The notes beneath the pieces were generated by a model, which was not told the DNA's origin, ran no database searches, and saw only the letters and a list, made by a program, of their open reading frames with translations. Positions 22,773 to 37,728 of a stretch of 64,000 nucleotides of DNA are shown here, in pieces; within the stretch, counting starts at the first letter, position 1; every line of letters starts with the position of its first letter. A program made the translations under genes and the position numbers. The DNA lies in the NCBI RefSeq assembly GCF_009914755.1, contig NC_060928.1, one strand, 5' to 3'. The DNA is from the human T2T-CHM13v2.0 reference genome, Homo sapiens.

Positions 22773-22916
22773 CTGCAAAGAAGTCTACAATGTCTTTCTC
22801 ATTGCAACTATAAGGAAGTCCTCTCAAACGAACCACACCATCATTTACCACAGGCGAAGATTTGACCTGCAAGCTCTTCATTAAGGCATCCACATCTTCA
22901 TTGTTTATCTCATATA
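22773..22916 (-). CDS. GRSF1: GRSF1 exon 4 (144 nt), start of qRRM2
   Basis: VYEINNEDVDALMKSLQVKSSPVVNDGVVRLRGLPYSCNEKDIVDFFA; AG/GT boundaries. Confidence 0.97.
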
Positions 22917-23103
22917 CTACGAAGAAAAAACACAACAGGGATGAAAAATTTACATAACAAAGGAACAAACCCATTAAAAAAAATCATTACAACTTGCTGG
23001 GTTATCTGAGAATTCAATAACTATTTTAATCTTTATGCGCTTCTCTAGAGAAAATAACAAATGACATTTATTGCATATTTACCATGCGGGCATAACTTCT
23101 TTA

Positions 23104-23461
<358 letters not shown>

Positions 23462-23583
23462 CTATAAAAGAATGCATTCATACAATCTAAATACTTCATT
23501 ATTAAGGATCAAATAAAAACTACCTTGAAAAGTATAAAACCTAATGCAATGATCCCAAAAAGCCATAATCTGACTTCACATAC

Positions 23584-23739
23584 CTTCCACATACCGCTGG
23601 CCCATGTACATGCGGTGCTTCTCTAAGGCTTTCTGCACATCCTGCTCTGACTCCATTTCAATTAAGGCATCACCCCTTCGTTTCCCATCTCTGTTTAGGA
23701 GAAAATGTATTCCATTCTCACCGTTGCGGATTCTGCAGT
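23584..23739 (-). CDS. GRSF1: GRSF1 exon 3 (156 nt), qRRM1
   Basis: TTTTAG|AC acceptor; DCRIRNGENGIHFLLNRDGKRRGDALIEMESEQDVQKALEKHRMYMGQRYVE; G|GTATG donor; phase matches exons 2 and 4. Confidence 0.97.
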
Positions 23740-24372
23740 CTAAAAGTGTATGAGCAAAATCAATTGAAAACAGAAATCAAACTTTTAGCTCAATTATGTA
23801 AGTCACAAGAATGCAGTTTTCCAACAACAAAGCAGGAAACAAGTGTCATATTCCTTACACAAATCCCCATCACTGAAGTCATCCAAACACCAATAAGGAT
23901 TTAGTCTCTAAAACCTTCCAAGTAGAAAAGATAAGCAAACCTTAGCACAGAAGCTTATGATCTCCTTCCTGATCATTAAATAGCAAATCAGGATAGGCCC
24001 AACACAAAATTCATTATTTCTATTGCAATGTTTCTACAATCACTTAAGGAAATACAATATAGTTAAATTTATACATAAGTGTCTTCCTTTAAAATCATCT
24101 CCATAGGTCTCTAAAATATTTCCTGTATGAGTAATTTTATTACCATAGTTTAACTTTTTGTTTTTGTAGAGAGGCGGTCTCATTTTGTTGCACAGGCTGG
24201 TCTTGAACTCTTGGGCTTAAGTAATCCTCCCACCTTAGTCTCCCAAAGTGCTGGGATTACAGGCATCAGCCACCACACCCAGCCTTTTTCCCCTTTTCAT
24301 ACTGCATACTTTTTATAATGGGAGTAGTCCAAGATGTAAGTGGCCAAGTGGCTTTAAAAAAAAGTTTGACCA

Positions 24373-24433
24373 GGCTCACTCTGGGCATACTGCCTAGGAT
24401 TTACTCCTGCTCCACAAGGAGCAGCTAAAAAAA
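24373..24433 (+). mobile_element. ~55-nt A-tailed retroposed element (copy 2)
   Basis: GGCTCACTCTGGGCATACTGCCTAGGATTTACTCCTGCTCCACAAGGAGCAG plus A tail; clearly homologous to 21489-21541. Confidence 0.65.
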
Positions 24434-24618
24434 TTAATGAAATAGCCAGGCATGGTGGTTCATGCCTGTAATCCCAGCCCTTTGGGAGGCCAAGGTGGTG
24501 GATCACCTGAGGTCAGGAGTTTGAGACCAACCTGGCCAACACGGCAAAACCCTGTCTCTACTAAAAATACAAAAATTAGCCGGGCATGGTGATAGGTGCC
24601 TGCAGTCCCACCAACTCA

Positions 24619-24807
<189 letters not shown>

Positions 24808-24969
24808 TTATTAAGGGAACTTTATTCCTTGATACTAAGTGACCTTCTATTGTAAATGTCTGTATTACATAAAGAGTCACCCTTAATTCCATATTTCCAC
24901 TGACAGGCTTGACTTTTTGATATGTATATATTAATACCACAGAGAAAAATAATTTCAAACCATGTAATT

Positions 24970-25625
<656 letters not shown>

Positions 25626-25627
25626 CC

Positions 25628-26206
<579 letters not shown>

Positions 26207-26623
26207 CATACTATGCAGTCTTAACGTTAAAATACTTTTGTTGCATTCAAAGTCTTTATACATATGTAAATTGAGACAGTCTCACAGTGTTGCCCAGTGT
26301 GGTATGGAACTACTGGCCTCAAGCCATCCTTCCACCTTGGCCTCCCAAACTGCTGATTACAGGCCTGAGCCACTGCCCCTGGCCCAAAGTCTTTCAATTC
26401 GTTACATACCGCAAACAGCACACATGGTATCATTTGGTATATGCAACCAACCAGAATGAGACAGTTCCCAACCATCAAAAAGGAAGGTGACAGCGTAGTC
26501 TGACATGGATTTGTAGCACTACCTTTTACTCAGACAAAATTACATACTTAAAACATACATACCTGCTTGTGAGAAACAATATAAGGAAAAAAAATAAATA
26601 AATAAAACATACATAAAATATAC

Positions 26624-26780
26624 CTGAAAAAAAGTTAAGCACATCTTCCATAGTGCATGACCAGGGCAGTCCTTGAGCTCGAATGAGAAAGACATCATCC
26701 ACTTCCTCTTCTAACTTGGACGGGGCCAATTCATACTCAGGGGGTGGTGGAAGGTCTTCCAGGTAAGTAGTTTTGGACTC
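26624..26780 (-). CDS. GRSF1: GRSF1 exon 2 (157 nt), start of qRRM1
   Basis: AAG|GAGTCC acceptor; ESKTTYLEDLPPPPEYELAPSKLEEEVDDVFLIRAQGLPWSCTMEDVLNFFS; G|GTAT donor. Confidence 0.97.
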
Positions 26781-28435
26781 CTTCCAAAGGAAATGAAGAA
26801 TTGTAAAAAGAGTTGCATTTACAGGTAAAAAATGTAAAAAAATTCTTAGAAAATGTTTATTCTACAAACTAACATTCTAGATGTTATTTCAGAAGCAAAA
26901 AGTAAACTTCACCAATGTAACCCATCCTGTTTTGGCTTAAATTGTACATCCAAAAGCCATAAGCAGGTATATCCTAAAGGTTTGGCAGGACACAAATTTC
27001 ATTCAGGGTTTGTTTTAAAATTCATCAACCCCAAATTATAGCTAACAATGGTGTAGTTAAGGCAACACAAGAAAGGTCCTGACAATTTGACAAATATTTG
27101 ATTGCCCCTACACACAGTGTTTGCCGCCCTCATCTGAAATAGCTATCTAGAATACGATAAGCATACAAGATGAGATACTGAGTGCTATAATTAAGATACA
27201 AAATACTACAGGAATTCAAATCAGAGCACTAACAGATGAATCAGGATGTGACATGAGATGGGCCTTGAAGGAAGGATAGAATTTTTATGAGGATATAAAA
27301 GATAGGGTATTCCAGTTTGAAGGCGAGAGAAAGAAGCAGTACGACCAAATGCCCATTTGAAAAACAGCAATTAATTCCAACTGTTTAAATTAGGAGCGAA
27401 AGAAGGTGACCTGGCAAAAGAGGTTGGTACCACAGAGCAGAGGGCCTTGAGTGTGGAGCTCAATGTGTGTCCTTCACTTGGTAGGCAAAGATAAGTTAAT
27501 ACAAGACACTGAGGACTGGGTAAATCAACAAGACAGCAGGACGCCTTGGGAATATTCCTCTGTCAGCTGGTATGCCAGACCAAGTGATTAAGGGAAAGAT
27601 CTTAAAGACAACGGCAGCAGTGTGAGGCTACAGACTTGTAAAGTCTCTTTTATCGGATTAAGTAAAACTGGAATTTAGTAAGAATCCACGAAGCACTACA
27701 ACCATAACCTAAGAAGACAACTCAGGCTTTAAGACTTGCACTCTACTGGGCCAGGTGCGGTGGCTCACGCCTGTAATCCCAGCACCTTGGGAGGCCGAGG
27801 TGGGCGAATCACGAGGTCAGGAGTTCAAGACCAGCCTGGCCAACATGGCAAAACCCCATCTCTACTAAAAATACAAAAAATGAGCCGGGTGTGGTGGCGT
27901 GTGCCCGTAATCCCAGCTACTCGGGAGGCTGAGGCAGGATAATCGCCTGAACCCGGGAGGTAGAGGTTTCAGTGAGCTGAGATCTCGGCATTTCACTCCA
28001 GCATGGGCAACAGAGCAAGACTCCGTCTCAAAAAAAAAAAAAAAAAAAAGACTTGCACTCTACCGGACTAAGGACAGAGATATCTTTCTACTATCTGTCA
28101 TTTTCTTTTCTTTTCTTTTTTCTTGAGACGGAGTTTCGCTCTTGTCGCCCAGACTAGAGTACAATGGCACAATCTCGGCTCACTGCAACCTCCCCGGGTT
28201 CAAAGGATTCTCCTGCCTCAGCCTCCCGGGTAGCTGGGATTACAGGCGCCCGCCACCCTGCCCGGCTAATTTTTTTGCATTTTTTTAGTAGACACGGAGT
28301 TTCACCATGTTGGTTAGCCTGCTATCGAACTCCTGACCTCAGGTGATCCACCCGCCGCAGCCTCCCAAAGTGCCGCGCCCAGCCCTATCTATAATTTTCA
28401 TTAAGGCTTAATGTTAGGCCGGGCGCGGTGGCTCA

Positions 28436-28717
<282 letters not shown>

Positions 28718-29399
28718 TTAGTTTTAAGGAATAAATGTAAGCAGTGTCTAACACATAGTAGATGCTCTACAGATATCACTGCAGTCAATTTCATAGAAAA
28801 AAAAAGAGAGAAGCTAGCTCACAAAGGTTTACTGGAGATGGTTTTGTTGTGGTTTTTGTAGACAACTTTCCCCATTTTTCCATAATTCCATAAGCATCAC
28901 AAGCTTTTACAGAAAAAGGCAGCGTAAAGTATTGGGCCAGGATTCAAATCAATTAGCTCAGCCACTGGCAGACAGCAGCCATGCTGATTAGCCTCCCAGT
29001 CTCCCTAAGTTAAAGGAGAAGCACAAATTGAATTAAGATAAATATGACCTAAGGAATCAGGGGCTGGGTAGTTAAAAAGTGTGCAGACACTTCCCAGATG
29101 CCACGTACCAAGAAGAGAAAGGTTCATCTACAAAGCACAAAATATTTGCAATCTAACTACACACCGACTTTTCTAAAAAAATAAAGAAAAAATGGAAAGG
29201 AAAACATTGCAAATTCATTCCTGGGACCCCAAGTTGTGTCCTCAACCCTCAACGCTCCCTCCCATTCACCCCCTCCCCCCAACAGCTAAATCTCCAAACT
29301 GCTTTCCCAGACGAGGCGACACACAGTCCTTAAAGACCTTCTGTATGAGTGGAGTTGCAGAGGTGACCTTCAGTAAACCGGGACAGCTCGTCTTTCCCT

Positions 29400-30480
29400 G
29401 GGGACAGGAGAGGGAACGGCGCGATGGGGACAGGCTCCTTCCCTACAAGCCAGCCCACGCAACTGTGTGCGCGCACCTTCCCAGCAGCGGCCGACCGAGA
29501 GGCGCCGAGGGCCGCCCAGGCCTAGCGCTCGGGCTGCACGGAAACTCCCAACCCTCCGGCGGGCTCGGGCCTCGCAACTTCACAACCAGCCGGCGGAAAG
29601 CAAGAAGATGCGAGGTGGGGGCGTCAGCAGCCTCACGAAACCTACCATGGGCCAGGCGGGGAACAAGGCCTCAACATTCACCCCAGCCACACTTACACTG
29701 CCCAACCGACCAGAGATTCGAGGCGAGAACAAAACAAGCAGAAGACCCGACGCCTGGGAGAGCTTCCCTTGTTCCAGGGCCCAATAGGAGCACAGGGTGG
29801 ACGGGGGCGGGTGTGCGGCGAGTGTCGCGGATCCCCGGGCGTGCCCGCGAGGCGCACACGGAGGGACGGAGGGGCGCGGGGGCGCGTGCACGCGGCCCGG
29901 GAGGGATCTCGCGCCAGGTCCCTCACGGCGCCCACGTACCTGGCTGTAGCTGCGCGTCGGGACGGCGGCCGCCGCCGCCAGCGACTGCGGCAGCAGAGAG
30001 GCACGGAGGGCAGGGTAGGACGCGGCGGCCGCGGCCGCGGCAGAGGTGGCCACAGCGGGAGGCCCCGCCAGCCTCCCGGGAGGCACAGGCCCGGTCTGGA
30101 GGCCACGCGTCTGGGAGGCAGCGGCCGCGGCGGCCCCGAGCAGCAGCAGCAGGCGGCGGCGGCCCGAGACGCCCGACGGGATAGAGCCAGCGGCGGAGTA
30201 GAAGGGCAGGCAGGCGGCGCCGGTGCGCCGGCAGCTGCTGCAGTTACAGCCGCAGCCCCGGAGCAGCGCCCCGAGTACCCAGCGCGTGCCGGCCATGGAC
30301 TCCGGAGGCGGCGCAGGGCCTGAAGGCAGCTGCTCCAGCAGCGATGGTGGAACGGAAGTGGAATCCAGGGCCGGTTGGGGGTGGGGTGTGCCTGGCACAT
30401 GCGCCGCGGGCACTGGGTGGGGGGCCTCCGAGAGTCGGAAGGAGGTGGAGGAGAGCGCGACGCTCCGCCCAGTCTCCGCC
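29400..30480. promoter_or_regulatory. CpG island / GRSF1 promoter and exon 1
   Basis: Abrupt GC- and CpG-dense block in otherwise CpG-depleted DNA. ETS/GABP-like CGGAAGTG at 30353-30360; NRF-1-like GCACATGCGC at 30395-30404 (one mismatch to the GCGCATGCGC core). No TATA box seen. Confidence 0.9.
29940..30296 (-). CDS. GRSF1: GRSF1 exon 1 coding part (357 nt): mitochondrial targeting presequence plus Ala-rich region
   Basis: ATG at 30296 gives MAGTRWVLGALLRGCGCNCSSCRR...PTRSYSQ: Arg/Ala-rich, no acidic residues, ends in an R-S-Y-S R-3 cleavage-like motif. Donor CAG|GTACGT at 29939. Confidence 0.97.
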
Positions 30481-30483
30481 CTT

Positions 30484-30723
30484 GGGCGGGGCTGCCCATG
30501 GTTTGGGCGGGGCTGCCCATGGTTTGGGCGGGGCTGCCCATGGTTTGGGCGGGGCTGCCCATGGTTTGGGCGGGGCTGCCCATGGTTTGGGCGGGGCTGC
30601 CCATGGTTTGGGCGGGGCTGCCCATGGTTTGGGCGGGGCTGCCCATGGTTTGGGCGGGGCTGCCCATGGTTTGGGCGGGGCTGCCCATGGTTTGGGCGGG
30701 GCTGCCCATGGTTTGGGCGGGGC
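30484..30723. repeat. perfect 21-bp minisatellite (GGGCGGGGCTGCCCATGGTTT)x11 plus GGGCGGGGC
   Basis: Direct count: 11 identical units (30484-30714) plus 9 nt, giving 12 GC boxes and 11 CCATGG sites. Confidence 0.99.
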
Positions 30724-31388
30724 CCGGGGAAGTGGGTGCAATCGAACTGCTCTTTTTTCAGGCGGTGGAAACTGAGGCCCAAAGTAAGTGAGGCTAGGGG
30801 CCTGGCGCAGTGACTCATTCGTAGTGACTCATTCTTGTAATCCTAGCACTTTGGCAGGCAGAGGCGGGTGGACTGCCTGAGGTCAGGAGTTCGAGACCAA
30901 CCTAGGCAACACGGTGAAATCCCGTCTCTACTAAAATACAAAAAATTAGGTCGGACGCGGTGGCTCCCGCCTGTAATCCCAGCACTTTAGTAGGCCGAGG
31001 TAGGGCGGATCACCTGAGGTCAGCAGTTCAAGACCAGCCTGGCCAACATGGTGAAACTGTGTCTCTACTAAAAACACAAAAATTAGCCGGGTGTGGTGAC
31101 GGGTGCCCGTAATCCCAGCTACTCAGGAGGCTGAGGCAGGAGAATCGCTTGAACCCAGGAGGCGGAGGTTGCAGTGAGCCAAGATCGTGCCACCGCACTG
31201 CAGCCTGGGCGACAGAGTGAGACGCCATCTCCAAACAAACAAACAAAAAAATTAGGTTAGGGCCATCCTGCTCTGGGTAGGGCCGAGAGCTGTAGCACAA
31301 GTCTGTGCTGCCCCGCGCTGTGCCACCGAAACCCGTGGTGTGAGTGGCTAAAGAACCCTTTCTGAAAGGAATTGTGATACCTTGGTTA

Positions 31389-31595
<207 letters not shown>

Positions 31596-33943
31596 CTATA
31601 CAAAAAATAAAAAAAGCTGGGTGTGATGGCGTGGGCCTGTAGTCCCAGCTACTTGGGAGGCCGATTGCTTCAGCCCAGAAGGTAGAGGCTGTGGTAAGCT
31701 ATGATTGCCACCACTGAACTCCAGCCTGGGTGACAGAGTGAAACCCTGTCTCTAAAAAAATAAAAGAAAACATATATATTTATTATGTACTGATAATACA
31801 TAACAAAGGTGAACCCTCCCCTAATGAAACTGTATTCACAAGTGAACACACAGAGATTTGCACACACATACACAAAGACTGGTTGTGCAGCTTTCCTCCT
31901 CCTGAGCCAGGACTTGTCAAAGACAAGCAAAAGGAAGTTGTTAGAGTAAAAAATAAGAGAAAGCTAGTATTTTTAAAAACTCCTTACTGTGGAAAATGTC
32001 AAACAGAAGAGCAGAATGAATTTCCAGAACTTCATAAATTGTCAACACTTTTCAGTCTTGTTTCATCTATCCCCTACCACCATCTTCCAGACCTTATTTT
32101 CTTTGCTAGAATATTTTAAAGCAATGGGTATTACATTTAAAGTTTGACTTGTTTAACCTGGACTACTTTTAGGTAAGGAAAATTCAGTATTTCTTAGAAA
32201 ACCCTTTCCCCAACCAAAAAACAAAGAACAAGAAAAAAATTGATAGGCTTGGCTCTATGAACCTGGAGTATCAAAGAAAAAGGGGTTTAGTTTTGTTTTT
32301 TGGGCTAAAATACAGTCCGACGGAGAGTATTGTCATTTTTATACAAAAACAGGGACAAAAGAAAAGGCAACAGTGCAAATACTCCATCTTCCAGGAAGGG
32401 AGGCTGGGATGCCTCAGTGTTAAAATGACAAAAGAAAACCCCAGAGCAAGAACCATGATCCCTCAGAGGAGTCCCAGAAATGTCCAAGACAGCCTGGCTG
32501 GGAGAGGGGGTGTGGGAAGGGCAGGCCCCCAAGAGAGGTCCCCACATCCTCTGGCTAGAGGCTAGGCCCAGGACCCACCAATGCCAGCAGCCCTCACCTC
32601 CCTTTGGGGTGAGAGCAGGTGCTGAGGTCAGGCTGGTTTTTGTTTCCCACTGCTTGTTCGTGATTTGTTCTTGGATACCTGGAAAGGGGCCAGTTGAGGC
32701 CTCAGGGGTTGAGGCCCCTCTGGAAATGTGGTTCCTGGGAATGGGCCTGGACATAGAAGCCACTGGATGTCTCTTCCCTGAACAGTAATTTTGTTCATCA
32801 GTAATACTGTAACTTCCCAAGGAAAACAAAGAACAGGCTAGTCTTCCCCACCCCAGCCAAAAAAGAGAAGGGGGTTTCTTCATCTGCAAGATTTGGGAAT
32901 CCTAGAGTTACTTATTTATATAGAGACAGGGTTTTGCTCTTTTGCCCGAGCTGGGGTGCAGTGGTGGGAATATGACTCACACTAGCCTTGACCTCCCGGG
33001 TTCAAGTAATCCTCCTGCCTCAGCCTCCCAAAGTGCTTGGGATTACAAGCATGAACCACCACACCTGACCTATTTTTCTTTTCGTAAGCCTCCCTTTCAA
33101 GAAGGAAAATGGGTTAGCCCTTCCTAACAGATCATCACTACAAATAACAGGTTGCTGATGTATTGGAGACTCTGCCTATATTTACTCTTGCCCTCATTTT
33201 CTTAATAGCAGCAGTCATCATCTATAACATAAAAATCTGAATGGATTGGAAACCTAAATAGACAGAAATCCTGTACTTTATAATCAGGAGTATAAATAAT
33301 AAGAGGCAGCCTGGGCAACCTGGCGACATCCCGTATCTACTAAAAATACAAAAAATTAGCTGGGCGTGGTGACACCTGCCTGTAGTCCCAAAAGGTCACA
33401 CGCTCTCTCACAGCACAAACTGACCCTAAAACCGGAGCCCACAAGGTTGAGGCTTCAGTGAGCTGAGACCGCACCACTGCACTCCAGCACTCCAAAGTAG
33501 CACCTGCCATCCTCATGACAGAGTGAGACCCTGTCTCAAAAGTAAATAAATAAATAAAATTAAATTATAAGAGGCCATTGGTTTGGACTGAGCTCTTCTA
33601 CTATGCCCAAAAGACCAAACCAAAATGCAGTTACTCACCTTCCACAAGACCAAGCTGAAACTAAGTTTATTTGACCTTCTGAGTAATCAGGAGAGACAGA
33701 TAATGGCCAAATCCTCAAACAGACTGGTGTTAGCTGGCAGGATAAGGAAGTCCCCTCTGCTTTGACCTTTATAGGGAAAATACCTGAAACAACCAATCTG
33801 CTTTGTATTCTCTGTTTCTACTTTCCTTGGCCCTTTTCTATCTACAAACCCAACCTCCTTTGCTCAGCTCATCAAAACACTCACTCTATAGAATGAGATG
33901 TTGCCTGATTCTAGAATAGAAAATAAAAGCCAATTAAGATTTA

Positions 33944-34624
<681 letters not shown>

Positions 34625-36113
34625 CTAAAGGACACTGCTGATGACTTCTGAGACTCCCGGAGGAATATCAGAGAGGTGCCACAGAGCCACAGATGCCTTT
34701 TGAGGTCCTCGGTCTTCCTCATGGAGCCTCAAGGGTTATAGGTAAGTTCCGCTCGGGTGGACTCCTTTTTTTTTTTTTGGCTTTTGAATTTAGGATTAGT
34801 TTATGCTGTGAGACAGTGCATGACCTTTTGTGGTTTGCAGTGGCTGACAAGTCATTGGCAAGAGCTGCAGTTTTGTCTTGGCTGGGTGCGGTGGCGCATG
34901 CCTGTAACCCCAGCACTTTGAGAGGCAGGTGGATTGCTTGAGATCAGCCTGGCCAACATAGCAAAACCCCGTCTACTAAAAATACAAAAATTAGCCAAGT
35001 GTGGTGGTGCGCCCCTATAATCCCAGCTACTCGGGAGGCTGAGGCATAGGAATCATTTGTCTCAAACAAACAAAGAAAGAAACAAGCAGAAAACAAAAAG
35101 AAAAAACAAACAAAAAGAAGAGACAGGGGTCTGATGCTATTTTCCGGGCTGGAGTGCAGTGGTTATTCACAAGCACAATCACAGGACATTACTGCCTCAA
35201 ACTACTGGGCTCAAGCGATCCTTCTGCCTTTGCTCTGAGTGCCTGGGATTATAGGATTACAGGTCTGTGCCATTAAGTCTGGTTTAAGAGCTGCAGTTTT
35301 TTTTCTTTTTTGGGGGGGGGGGGGGTTTGTTTGTTTTTTAGTTGTTTACCTTACTCATGGACTCAGGTAACAAGGAGCTGCATTTTAAGACAGTGTTGCT
35401 CTAAGTGGTTATTACTGCAGGAGGCATGAACTCTGGCTTTTGGAATCTGCTGGAATTTGAATTCTATCCTTTTTGTTAGGTTTTCTTGCATGCTTAGGTA
35501 GGAAAAAAATCACTGGGTAAGTTGGTCAAGGGGATCTCAGAGCCAAAGCCACCATTTAACTAGTGGGCACAGTTCAGGTACTTTAGAGCTATTAAAGTGC
35601 TGGCCACTAAAAAATGAGACTACCTGTTAGAATAAACTAGACATGAAACAAGGTAGCACTTGCCATCCTCAATAAAATGTTTATGCAGTGAGGTACACTA
35701 TGAAAGAATTATACCACCCAACCCCATGATGTTTCCCTCTTAGGCTGTTTTTTTTTTTTTTTCCTTGAGATGGAGTCTCACTCTGTAGCCCAAGCTGGAG
35801 TGCAGTGGTGCAATCTCGGCTCACTGCAACCTCCGCCTCCAGGATTCTAGTGATTCTTGCCTCAGCCTCCTGAGTAGCTGGGACTACAGGCGGTGCCATC
35901 ATGCCTGGCTAATTTTTTTTTGTATTTTTAGTAGATACGGGGTTTCACCATGTTGTCCTGGGTGTTCTCGAACTCCTGAGCTCAGACAATCAATCTGCCT
36001 TGGCCTCCCAAAGTGCTGGGATTACAGGTGTGAGCCACCACGCCTGGCCCCCTCTTAGGCTTTTGTCTTGACTTTGAGAGACCCAAGAGTCAATGTAAAA
36101 ATGAGATCTTTAA

Positions 36114-36299
<186 letters not shown>

Positions 36300-36496
36300 T
36301 GACCAGGCTGGTCTTGAACTCCTGACTCAGGTGATCTGCCCACCTCGGCCTCCCAAAGTGCTGGGATTACAGGTGTGAGCCATCGCACCCGGCCAGATCC
36401 TTAATTTCTAAAGAACTGAATATTCCACCTTCCAGCTACACCTGCCTTTTACTTGTATTAGGCCCCAGCAGCTGAAAATACTTATAAAGGTGGTGA

Positions 36497-36904
<408 letters not shown>

Positions 36905-37341
36905 TAGGCCAGGTATGGTGGGTGGCTCATGCCTGTAATCCTAGCACTTTGGGAGGCTCAGGCGGGTGGATTGCTTGAGCTCAGGAGTTCGAGACCAGTC
37001 TCAGCAACACAGTGAAACCCTGGTTCTACAAAAATTTCAAAAATTAGCCAGGTGTGGTGGTTTGTGCCTGTAGTCCCAGCTACTCAGGAGTCCCAGCTAC
37101 CAGCTGAGGTGGGAGGATTGCTTGAACTCAGGAGGCGGAGGTTGCAGTGAGCTGAGATTACGCCACTGCACTCCAGCCTGGGCTACAGAAGGAGAGCCTG
37201 TCTCAAATAAAAAAAAAAAGGAAGTGCATTTAAAAATGAGGGTTCCTGGCCGGGCGCAGTGGCTCACGCCTATAATCCCAGCACTTTGGGAGGCTGAGGC
37301 AGGTGGATCACGAGGTCAGGAAATGGAGAACATCCTGGCTA

Positions 37342-37728
<387 letters not shown>

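Noticed and set aside
30484-30723. CRISPR-like array
   Set aside because: The units are contiguous with no unique spacers and there are no cas genes. This is a eukaryotic minisatellite.
29192-30813. Long plus-strand ORFs (330, 196, 184, 143 and 138 aa) as an antisense protein-coding gene
   Set aside because: Expected from stop-codon depletion in a CpG island and a stop-free 21-bp repeat. They are low complexity with no recognisable domain.
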